Source: Candidatus Uhrbacteria bacterium
GTDB taxonomy: Bacteria; Patescibacteriota; Patescibacteriia; UBA9934
DNA length: 64,000 nucleotides
Direction of reading: 5' to 3'
NCBI GenBank assembly: GCA_018664485.1
Contig: JABJOE010000007.1
Span: forward strand, 4,353-68,352
Below are positions 37,978 to 46,302 of the stretch, in pieces (the stretch's first letter is position 1; every line of letters begins with the position of its first letter). The translations under genes were made by a program, and so were the position numbers. A model generated the notes under the pieces. It made no database searches, was not told the origin of the DNA, and saw nothing but the letters and a program-made list of their open reading frames with translations.

Positions 37978-39723
37978 CTACAAAGGTAACTTTGAGGCAT
38001 CGACTGCTCGAGTAATGATATCCCCCACAGGAATAATCATATCCTCTTCTTGTCCAAAAACATTCACATTGAAGTCTCCGCCGGCAACCTCCTTCTCACC
38101 AACAACTATAGTCCAAGGCACCTTCATCATTGCGGCAGATCGGATCTTCTTTCCAACGCCTTCGTTGCTGTCATCCAATTCTACTCGTAAGTCCTCGGCT
38201 TCGAGCTTCACTCGCAACTCCTGCGCGAATCCTACGAACTCATCACTCACAGGCACGATACGAATCTGCTCAGGCGCGAGCCACAACGGGAACGCTCCAG
38301 CGTAATGCTCGATCATCACAGCCATGAACCGCTCAAGTGATCCTGAGATCGCACGGTGAATCATTACAGGCCGAACACGTTCGTTATTCTCATCAATATA
38401 CTCAAGCTCAAAACGCTCAGGTAGATTGAAGTCCAGCTGAATTGTTGCTAACTGCCACTCTCGGCCAATAGCATCCGTTGCAATGAAGTCGATCTTCGGC
38501 CCATAGAACGCAGCATCCCCCACAGCAACCTCATACTCCTCTCCAATATCTTCGAGCAGCCCCTTCAATAGACCCTCGGATTTTTCCCACACTTCTTTAC
38601 CACCAAGATATTTATCTGGCTTTGCAGGATCGTGCGCTGAAAGATTAATCTTTAACGGCATATCAAACGCCGCATAGAACTTTGTAATAATCTCATAGAT
38701 CTTCTGAGACTCTTCCTGAACCTGATCCAAGCGACAGAAAACGTGCGCGTCGTCCTGAGTAATAGATCTAACACGTGAAAGCCCCTGTAATTGACCAGTA
38801 TTCTCATCTCGATACACTGCAGTCACCTCACTGAAACGAAGTGGCAAATCACGATAACTACGCATCTTCGACGCAAAGATCTGTGTGTGATGTGGGCAGT
38901 TCATCGGCTTCATTACAAATGCCTGATCAGTCTTCTTACTTGAAATGTGAAAAATATCATCTGCGAATTTATCCCAATGACCGGACGTCTTATAAAGCTC
39001 GGCCTTCGCCATGTGAGGGATAGTAACGCGTGAATATCCGTGCGGTTTCATAAGTCGCCACACAAATTCAGAAAGACGTTCACGAATAACGGTCCCGCGT
39101 GGAGTGAACAACGGAAGTCCAGGTCCAACCAATTCAGAGAATGCAAACAAATCCAATTCCTGACCAAGCTTACGATGATCACGCTTCTTCGCCTCTTGAA
39201 GCATCATCAAGTGTTCCTTAAGCTTAGGCTTATTTTCAAATGCAACACCGTAAATTCGTGTAAGCATTTTGTTCTTTTCATCCCCACGCCAATAAGCACC
39301 GGCAACGCTCATCAACTTAAAGCTAGTCGGGTCGATCTCTTTAGCCTGCGCAACGTGAGGTCCCTTACACAAGTTTTCAAAGTCCCCTGACTTATAGAAG
39401 CTTACTGACTCCTCCCCCCTTTCTTTCAACTCGGTAATCAGCTCAACCTTGTAAGGATCATCTTTGTACTCTTTAAGTGCTGATTCAAAATCAACATCGT
39501 GCTGCTCGAACGCAACATCTTTGTTAATGATCTTTCGCATCCGTTTCTCGATATCTTTAAAGATCTCTTCGGAAATCGATTCAGGTAAATCGTAATCCTG
39601 ATAAAAACCGTTTTCGATCACCGGACCAACACCAAGGCCGGCATCCGGATATAACTCCAACACAGCCATCGTCATGATATGCGAAAGCGAATGTCTATTT
39701 TTAAATAATTGATCTTCAGTCAT
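37978..39723 (-). CDS. thrS: threonine--tRNA ligase (short form lacking N-terminal TGS/editing extension)
   Basis: The class II aaRS core and ThrRS-specific motifs are present (HRAISGSLERFMAVMIEHYAGAFPLWLAP), together with a C-terminal anticodon-binding domain. Confidence 0.9.
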   Translation of the reverse strand: MTEDQLFKNRHSLSHIMTMAVLELYPDAGLGVGPVIENGFYQDYDLPESISEEIFKDIEKRMRKIINKDVAFEQHDVDFESALKEYKDDPYKVELITELKERGEESVSFYKSGDFENLCKGPHVAQAKEIDPTSFKLMSVAGAYWRGDEKNKMLTRIYGVAFENKPKLKEHLMMLQEAKKRDHRKLGQELDLFAFSELVGPGLPLFTPRGTVIRERLSEFVWRLMKPHGYSRVTIPHMAKAELYKTSGHWDKFADDIFHISSKKTDQAFVMKPMNCPHHTQIFASKMRSYRDLPLRFSEVTAVYRDENTGQLQGLSRVRSITQDDAHVFCRLDQVQEESQKIYEIITKFYAAFDMPLKINLSAHDPAKPDKYLGGKEVWEKSEGLLKGLLEDIGEEYEVAVGDAAFYGPKIDFIATDAIGREWQLATIQLDFNLPERFELEYIDENNERVRPVMIHRAISGSLERFMAVMIEHYAGAFPLWLAPEQIRIVPVSDEFVGFAQELRVKLEAEDLRVELDDSNEGVGKKIRSAAMMKVPWTIVVGEKEVAGGDFNVNVFGQEEDMIIPVGDIITRAVDASKLPL

Positions 39724-40010
39724 ACTATATTGTGATAAGTAATTCGATTACATCAGCTCTGTAATCCACACAAAATGGAATAAGCTTGGTGTCTAAATAA
39801 AAAACGAGACAAACCCAATTCAATGGATTGCCTCGGGATCCAGCATATACCGGATGGTTCCACCCGAGTTGATCTATGCTCATTGCACAGAACCACTCTT
39901 TATACACGCGACAGGCGTGCGCTGGCTGCTCCTGGGTTGGTTAAGCCCTATCGTTACAGCCCAATTACATTACTACAAAATAGCCTGGAAAGCAATATAA
40001 TCGCCAGATA
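39724..40010 (-). promoter_or_regulatory. candidate T-box leader for thrS: T-box-like motif CUCGGGUGGAACCAUCCGG (minus strand, plus coordinates 39850-39868) followed by terminator hairpin + U-tract (39796-39835)
   Basis: Read on the minus strand, GGGUGGAACC resembles the T-box consensus AGGGUGGNACCGCG. The 5' part CUCGGG can alternatively pair with the 5' arm (CCCGAG) of the downstream terminator cgaggcaa...uugucucg-UUUUUUAUUU. An AACCA candidate specifier loop with a Thr ACC codon lies upstream. Confidence 0.35.
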
Positions 40011-40070
40011 GCGCGTCCACTATTACAGCAAACGCGCTATTGGATCTCTCGATAAAACTGTTCTGCAAGC

Positions 40071-40328
40071 CTATTCTACACCCTCTAAAATATCAAGCAT
40101 ACTCTTTGCGTCTAGTCGACGTTGATCTGGAATTGAACCTTCTGGTGCACCAGCGATGCTCCGCAAGCTATCCATAACCTCAGCTCGATCCTCCGGGTTC
40201 TCAGTCAATCTCTGCAACTCTACACCTAACGCATCCTGATCCAGTGCAAGAATATCTTTCTTAGCTTCGAAAAACTCTTGACCGGGTTTTACTTCCATTT
40301 CCATAAAATTGGTTTTAATAATCAACAA
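40071..40328 (-). CDS. hypothetical small acidic protein
   Basis: The ORF is co-directional with and overlaps the stop of the upstream gene by 14 nt. No family was recognised. Confidence 0.3.
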   Translation of the reverse strand: MLIIKTNFMEMEVKPGQEFFEAKKDILALDQDALGVELQRLTENPEDRAEVMDSLRSIAGAPEGSIPDQRRLDAKSMLDILEGVE

Positions 40329-41490
40329 TTATCTTAATATGATCTTCAAGAGTTGGAATGCGCTGCAGCCAGAATGGTGTAAAGCGAATAGAAATTTCAT
40401 CTATCAATTCTGAAGTTTCCAAAATTGTCTCCGCCTCCCCCGTCGTTCTACCAAGTAATCGTTCAGCGTCTAAAATGTCACTTGCAGTTGAAATGATTGC
40501 TGTACCATCAATGTAAACACGCAAGCTTGCCTGCTCCGCTGACGCATCCACCGACCGTACCTCAATAACATAACCATCACTTACTTCCGCAAGCTCATAG
40601 TCCTCACCTACCTGTCCCTGCAATAGAGCACTTGCGTACTGCAAAATGGTCTCCTCATCGTAGAAAAGTCCTGTAACTTGCACGCTCATTGAAGCTTCAA
40701 ACGACCCTGATTCTGACCCAACTTCAGCATCAACCGACTGTGTCAGAATTTCAACATCAACGTAAGCTCCATCAAATACATCTGTGTTAATACCAGACGC
40801 CAGTGCCAAAACTGCTTCATCGCGAGCGCGCGTCTCCAATGAAGCATAAGCATCTTGTATATGTGCCTCGCTCAACGCCTGAACATATTGAATGCCTCCA
40901 GTCATTGTATCCACGCTCACCGCGTATACCAATTCCTGAACAGAGACCGACAGTCCTGGAATTCTAAATTGCGTTGCTCCGACCTCGCCGCCTAGCCCTG
41001 GTTCATCTGCATGCGCCATCGTTGTCGCCTCTCCATAAGCTGGAACATTCACAGCTTCATCAATTCGGAAGAGAACGCCATCCTGCGACAAAAGTCGCGT
41101 AGTTGCAACCAAAGCCTGATCAGAACCTGTTTCGTTAATAAGCGTTACCAACCCACCAGCTTTTGCCTCAGATGCCGCAGCTCCTTCTTCTGGAAGTTCA
41201 AACGTATCTGACAGCTCTACATTTTGCTGGCGTACATACCCGCTGACCTGACCGCTTGTTCTAGCTTCGGGCACAACCTCCATACTCACCTCGTGACTCA
41301 CCACCTGCGCATTTGGTGTAACACGGATCGTAGCTGAGGAAATAGACAAATACAGAACAAAAAGAAGTAGCAAAAATGAAATTACTACAAACAATATAGA
41401 AATCCTCTGATAAACACGAAGCGATCGTGATAGAGGCTTATTCGCTACTTTCGATTTTCTCTTTTTTGTACGCTTTTTTTGTGGGACCAT
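40315..41490 (-). CDS. hypothetical membrane-anchored protein (N-terminal TM, Ala/Val/Ser-rich ectodomain), in operon downstream of dnaE
   Basis: A basic N-terminus is followed by a TM helix (ISILFVVISFLLLLFVLYLSI). The gene lies 15 nt downstream of the dnaE stop. Confidence 0.4.
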   Translation of the reverse strand: MVPQKKRTKKRKSKVANKPLSRSLRVYQRISILFVVISFLLLLFVLYLSISSATIRVTPNAQVVSHEVSMEVVPEARTSGQVSGYVRQQNVELSDTFELPEEGAAASEAKAGGLVTLINETGSDQALVATTRLLSQDGVLFRIDEAVNVPAYGEATTMAHADEPGLGGEVGATQFRIPGLSVSVQELVYAVSVDTMTGGIQYVQALSEAHIQDAYASLETRARDEAVLALASGINTDVFDGAYVDVEILTQSVDAEVGSESGSFEASMSVQVTGLFYDEETILQYASALLQGQVGEDYELAEVSDGYVIEVRSVDASAEQASLRVYIDGTAIISTASDILDAERLLGRTTGEAETILETSELIDEISIRFTPFWLQRIPTLEDHIKIIVDY

Positions 41491-41505
41491 ATTGTATTCA
41501 TTATA

Positions 41506-44500
41506 CTACCGTACGTTCCCAGCTCCAACAATCTCAGCAATTTCGTCCAAAACCTTAGTCTCACGACGAACACTGTACTCAGTCGCTACCCTCCGTGCCC
41601 GAGACCCAGAGGTCACCAGAAGATACACCGGATCAGCTCCCGGATTGTCTACAAAAATGCTTCGGAGCTTGGTAATCATGTCGTGAGTCGGCTTTTCTGG
41701 AATTGTTATAAAAATACCTTCGTCTTTCGCTTCATCCATCCACGTGTCTTCTTCCTGCTTCTCCGTAGGCCAATTTCCACGTTTCAAATAATCGACAACT
41801 TCAGGGATATCATCCTGTGTAAACCTATGTAGCTGATCACAAAGCAGCGACCACTCCATAACATCATTACGCTCACGTGCAGCGACCTTCCCCTGAATCA
41901 ACGCAAGAGACCCTTCGACTAACTTGGATTGTACCTCACTATACATCTTTGGAAATACAACAATCTCCGCGGAGCCCGACCCATCCTCTAGGCGAACAAA
42001 AGCCATCGGTTCCTGTTTTTTCTTTGTAAGAATCTTCTTAACGCTTACGATCACTCCCCCAACACAAACTATCTCATCTTTCGCGCGTGAAGACAGAGTT
42101 GCAGCTTTTACAACTAGCCCATCGAGAGCGTCGTCCACAAGACTTGCAGGATGCGATGACACGTAAATACCGAGCAGCTCTCGCTCCCATGCAAGTAACT
42201 GCTCCTGATTCATCGGTTCTACTTCACGAAGTACAAAACGCTGAGTTTCCATAGTAGGTGACAAATCAAACATCGATGTCTGATTCTGAATCTTGTCTTT
42301 TTGAGCCTGTCGGTTGAACAACAAAATCTGATCTATGTTAGCAACTATTTGGCTTCTATCACCAAAACTATCCAATGCACCAGACTTAGCTAATGCATCA
42401 AGTGATTTTTTATTTAGTTGTTTTGAATCAAGTCGGCTAGCGAAATCTGCTAAATCTTCATAAAGCCCATTTTCTTTACGCTCGACCTGAATCGACTTTC
42501 CAACTTCGTATCCAACGTTTTTGATGGCAGACAACCCCCAACGAATATTTCCGGTTTCAGGAACAACAGCAAACCCAGGATATGACTCATTCACATCCGG
42601 TGACAACACTTTAATTCCAATACGCTTACACTCCTCAACCTCAATTGTAATTCGATCAATGGTGTTAATGTCTGAGTTCATCACGGCTGCCATAAACTCT
42701 GACGGATAACGAGCCTTCAAGTAGGCTGTTCGGTAAGCGATCAAAGCGTAGCAAGCAGCGTGAGACTTGTTAAAAGCATAGTCGGCAAATCCCTCCCAAT
42801 CCTTCCAAATCTTTGCAGCGATCGATTTCTTAACACCGTTTTTTACACAACCATCAATAAACGAGTCGTACATCTTAGCAAGAACATCTCGTTTTTTCTT
42901 TCCCATCGCTTTTCGCAAAAAGTCCGCCTCACCAGCCGTGAACCCTGCGAGCGCACGTGAGATTTTCATGATCTGCTCCTGATAGATCGTCACACCGTAT
43001 GTCTCCTTCAAAATCTCTTCCATGAGCGGATGATCGTACACCACTTTCTCGCGACCATTCTTTCTGTTGATGTACATCGGAACCATTCCGGCAGACAGAG
43101 GACCTGGACGATATAGCGAAACCATCGCGACGATATCTTCAAATTCAGTAGGCTTCAGCTCCTTGATATAACGACGCATTCCGTCTGACTCCAGCTGGAA
43201 CACACCAATCGTATCTCCACGACCAAGTAGATCAAAAGTTTTCTGATCATCGAGCGGGATCGTATCGATATCGATCGTATCGTTGTGAACCGCTTTAATA
43301 ATCTCCAAAGCATTTTCAATAATTGTCAGGTTTGAAAGCCCCAAAAAGTCCATTTTAACGAGCCCGACCGATTCTGCAGAATCCAACGAATACTGAGTAA
43401 TCAATGCTGTGTCTTCACGCTGCCCTTCTTTAAGAGGTACGCGGTCGATAAGCGGCAAATCTCCAATAACAAAACCACAGGCGTGCTGACTGGTGTGGCG
43501 TGGGTTACCCTCAAACTTTTTTGCAAGTTCAACAACTCTGCGAGCCATCGGATTACCCTTAAGTAGATCCGCCAAATCCGGATGCTCAACCTGTGCTATA
43601 GCAAGTGGAATGTGGCGACCCTGCACCGGCTGTGGTACTGCTTTTGCAATTATATCGGCTTCATCATACGAAAGTCCCAGAACACGAGCAGCATCACGAA
43701 CAGCCGCACGCGGCATAAGTTTTCCAAAAGTAATAATTCCAGCAACACGATCCTCTCCGTACTTATCCTGCACGTACTTAAGCACCTCCGATCGTCTGGA
43801 GTCCGCAAAGTCCATGTCGACGTCAGGCATCGAAACACGGTCTGGGTTTAAGAATCGCTCAAACAGAAGTCCATATTTCAACGGATCCAAATCTGTAATT
43901 CGCATCGCGTAGGACATTATCGACCCGGCAGCCGAACCACGCCCAGGACCAACCAAAATTCCCTGATCCTTAGCCCAAGTAACAAAATCGGCAACAATAA
44001 TAAAGTACGAACTGTAGCCCATTCGCTTAATAGTCTCATACTCAAACTCAAATCGCTCCATCACCTCCGGCGTGATCTCAGCGTAACGCTCCTTCAATCC
44101 CTTAAGCGCCAAGTCACGCATGTATTCGTTGTCGGACTTTCCCTCTGGCATTGGAAATATTGGGAGATAGTTATTCCCAAGATCCATTTTAAAGTTCACC
44201 GAGTCGGCAATCTTTTTTGTATTTGAAAGAGCTTCCGGGACATCACTGAACGCTTCGATAATCTCCTTTGGATCACTCATCGATAAATCTGTGTCCGATA
44301 CGCTTGTACGACGAAACTCCTCAAGCGTACGGCTACGCTGGATACAGAGCTGCGCTTCATACCCTTCCCGATCCTCCGGGTTTAGATAGAATATATTTTT
44401 TGTACAAACCATCTGCGCTCCGACTTCTTTTGCAAACGCCTTTAGCATGTCGTTCGCCTCAACTTGCCGTGGGAAGTCTGGATGATGAACGAGCTCGAGA

Positions 44501-45021
44501 TATACGTATTCCTTTCCAAAAATTTCCTGGAAAATTTCTAAAGTTTCTTTTGCTTTTTTAGTGTCCCCTCCTAAAAGTAATTCTGGAATTTCACCTGCAA
44601 CACCACCTGTCAAAACAGTAATCCCTTCGCCATGTTCGCGAAGAAAGTCTTTATCGATTCGAGGCTTGTAATAGAAACCGTCAATGAATCCTGATGTCGA
44701 TATCTTCAGCAGATTCTTGTACCCAACGTCATTGCGAGCGATAAGTGTTAGTCGATGATTCTTCTTATCAATTGCGGCACGCTTGTCAGTCATCTTGTCG
44801 AGTGCCACAAAAACATCTAAACCGATAATAGGCTTAATCTCGGCCGCTTCACATTTCTGATAAAACTCGACAGCACCGTATAGAGCCGCGTTATCAGTCA
44901 AAGCTAAAGCTGTCGCACCCTGCGATTTTGCACGCTCAACAAGCGCTTTTGGGCTTGGGAGAGCCTCAAGAAGCGAATAATGCGAATGCACGTGGAGATG
45001 TACGAAGTCCTTGGGGTCCAT
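41506..45021 (-). CDS. dnaE: DNA polymerase III alpha subunit
   Basis: The N-terminal PHP domain (FVHLHVHSHYSLLEAL), the polymerase core and the OB-fold are all present in a 1171-aa protein. Confidence 0.9.
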   Translation of the reverse strand: MDPKDFVHLHVHSHYSLLEALPSPKALVERAKSQGATALALTDNAALYGAVEFYQKCEAAEIKPIIGLDVFVALDKMTDKRAAIDKKNHRLTLIARNDVGYKNLLKISTSGFIDGFYYKPRIDKDFLREHGEGITVLTGGVAGEIPELLLGGDTKKAKETLEIFQEIFGKEYVYLELVHHPDFPRQVEANDMLKAFAKEVGAQMVCTKNIFYLNPEDREGYEAQLCIQRSRTLEEFRRTSVSDTDLSMSDPKEIIEAFSDVPEALSNTKKIADSVNFKMDLGNNYLPIFPMPEGKSDNEYMRDLALKGLKERYAEITPEVMERFEFEYETIKRMGYSSYFIIVADFVTWAKDQGILVGPGRGSAAGSIMSYAMRITDLDPLKYGLLFERFLNPDRVSMPDVDMDFADSRRSEVLKYVQDKYGEDRVAGIITFGKLMPRAAVRDAARVLGLSYDEADIIAKAVPQPVQGRHIPLAIAQVEHPDLADLLKGNPMARRVVELAKKFEGNPRHTSQHACGFVIGDLPLIDRVPLKEGQREDTALITQYSLDSAESVGLVKMDFLGLSNLTIIENALEIIKAVHNDTIDIDTIPLDDQKTFDLLGRGDTIGVFQLESDGMRRYIKELKPTEFEDIVAMVSLYRPGPLSAGMVPMYINRKNGREKVVYDHPLMEEILKETYGVTIYQEQIMKISRALAGFTAGEADFLRKAMGKKKRDVLAKMYDSFIDGCVKNGVKKSIAAKIWKDWEGFADYAFNKSHAACYALIAYRTAYLKARYPSEFMAAVMNSDINTIDRITIEVEECKRIGIKVLSPDVNESYPGFAVVPETGNIRWGLSAIKNVGYEVGKSIQVERKENGLYEDLADFASRLDSKQLNKKSLDALAKSGALDSFGDRSQIVANIDQILLFNRQAQKDKIQNQTSMFDLSPTMETQRFVLREVEPMNQEQLLAWERELLGIYVSSHPASLVDDALDGLVVKAATLSSRAKDEIVCVGGVIVSVKKILTKKKQEPMAFVRLEDGSGSAEIVVFPKMYSEVQSKLVEGSLALIQGKVAARERNDVMEWSLLCDQLHRFTQDDIPEVVDYLKRGNWPTEKQEEDTWMDEAKDEGIFITIPEKPTHDMITKLRSIFVDNPGADPVYLLVTSGSRARRVATEYSVRRETKVLDEIAEIVGAGNVR

Positions 45022-45077
45022 AGAGGAATCTTACCAGAAAGTATGAATCTCATGAAGTCCTTGGTTTTACCCAATCA

Positions 45078-45106
45078 TTGACACTTTGTGTTAAATAGGC
45101 TACTAT
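45078..45106 (+). promoter_or_regulatory. sigma-70 promoter (TTGACA-17-TACTAT) driving the GC-rich non-coding transcript
   Basis: TTGACA lies at 45078-45083 and TACTAT at 45101-45106. Confidence 0.45.
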
Positions 45107-45112
45107 TTCGGG

Positions 45113-45428
45113 TCTTCGGACACTCGACCATCAACGAAGGATCCCTCGTGAACCCACTCGACTACATCAACCCCCTGAGGGTAATGCTCTTGGGACATCC
45201 CGTGAGCCGACGGCGCCACTGGTTGTCAAAGAGTTTCGAGAGACTCGTCATCCGACCTCGCCGCGAACGTCCTCCGGTCCCCTTCGCAAACGATACGTTC
45301 TGGTAGACGGCGCAACGCCGTCGCTAACCGTGCCGCCCCAAGTCGCCTGACTTGTCGGGCGGCTTCGTGCTTAAAGAGGTGTCATCATTTAAACCAAAAG
45401 AAGCCCTTGCGGGCTCCTTTATTTTGCA
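45113..45428 (+). ncRNA. promoter/terminator-bounded GC-rich (~58%) structured RNA, candidate RNase P RNA (rnpB-like)
   Basis: There is no convincing ORF. GGGUAAUGC resembles the GGUAACGCC region of RNase P. UUGUCGGGCGGCUUCG near the 3' end resembles CR-IV ACAGAACCCGGCUUAUCG. GAAGGAUCCC is a possible P4 5' strand pairing with GGGC..CUUC. It ends in the terminator gaagccc-ttgc-gggctcc-TTTATTTT. Confidence 0.35.
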
Positions 45429-45431
45429 AAA

Positions 45432-45698
45432 CTATTTCTTTTTCGGCTTTACGACATTCTCGGCAGCCTTGCGAACATACCCACTCATCTTGCTTAAGTG
45501 ACCACTCCCCTTCTCTACCTTCATCTTCATTGCCTGTAATGCCTGTTCAACTTTTTCAATTGAAAAGCGTACCTCTTGCAAAACATCATTAAGCGATCTT
45601 AGCATCATTGCAAGATGGTATATAAACCAGCAAACAAATGCGGTAACCCACAGTACGCAAAATGCGATTACTATCAGTAAAATATCAGCAGCCTCCAT
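45432..45698 (-). CDS. hypothetical small membrane protein (single N-terminal TM, coiled-coil, Lys-rich tail)
   Basis: MEAADILLIVIAFCVLWVTAFVCWFIYHL is the TM helix. It ends with KPKKK. Confidence 0.4.
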   Translation of the reverse strand: MEAADILLIVIAFCVLWVTAFVCWFIYHLAMMLRSLNDVLQEVRFSIEKVEQALQAMKMKVEKGSGHLSKMSGYVRKAAENVVKPKKK

Positions 45699-45843
45699 AC
45701 ATAGAATTTAGTCATTCGGTCTATTTTCGACTCATGGGTCCCGTTAGCCAGCGTCAACGTACTATTTTGTACGCCTCCTTGACTGCCACCCCTTCATCGA
45801 AACTAGCCTCTAATGACTAAATTCTATCATATTAAGTGACAAA

Positions 45844-45871
45844 CAAAAAAAGGGCCACTCGGCCCTTTTTA
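45844..45871. terminator. bidirectional rho-independent terminator (A-tract/gggcc-actc-ggccc/T-tract)
   Basis: aaaaaaagggccactcggcccttttt lies just downstream of the stop of the minus-strand gene at 45876. Confidence 0.5.
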
Positions 45872-45875
45872 TAAT

Positions 45876-46268
45876 TTACTTGATTGTAAATAAATCTTTC
45901 AGCTTCTTTGGCCACCCGTAGTAAAGCAGCAATGCCAACGGCGCTCCCCAGTTAGCTGATCGCTCGATCAAATCCCAGAATGGATCAGGACCGATTGGCC
46001 AACGAAGAAGTGCAGTGAACGCTCCCCAGATGAAAGCCCACAACAATACTCCTCGCAACGGTTTTACAAGCACCGCAAGAGCTACAAGCAAGTCCACGAT
46101 TCCGACAATAAGTAAGATCGTCACCATGGTCTCCTCACTCGTAATTCCAAACGGTTCAAAATACTTAAACCACCCTTCCTTACCTTGGAGTGCGAACACT
46201 CCGTGACCAATGAACTCTCCAGCGATAGCTACACGGAGAACCCATTCAAACATCTCTTTCTTTTTCAT
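45876..46268 (-). CDS. small polytopic membrane protein (DoxX-like?)
   Basis: It is 130 aa with 3-4 TM helices. The family assignment is tentative. Confidence 0.35.
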   Translation of the reverse strand: MKKKEMFEWVLRVAIAGEFIGHGVFALQGKEGWFKYFEPFGITSEETMVTILLIVGIVDLLVALAVLVKPLRGVLLWAFIWGAFTALLRWPIGPDPFWDLIERSANWGAPLALLLYYGWPKKLKDLFTIK

Positions 46269-46302
46269 AATAATGATGAAAAATTATACCTCAAGTATAC
46301 GC

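Noticed and set aside
45088-45306. 72-aa ORF inside the GC-rich intergenic region, and a tmRNA-like 'GCAAACGAU…UAG' mini-frame (ANDTFW*)
   Set aside because: The ORF sits inside a promoter/terminator-bounded region better explained as structured RNA. The tag-like frame is too short and has the wrong C-terminus, and no tmRNA T-arm or acceptor (GGUUCGAUUCC…CCA) is present.
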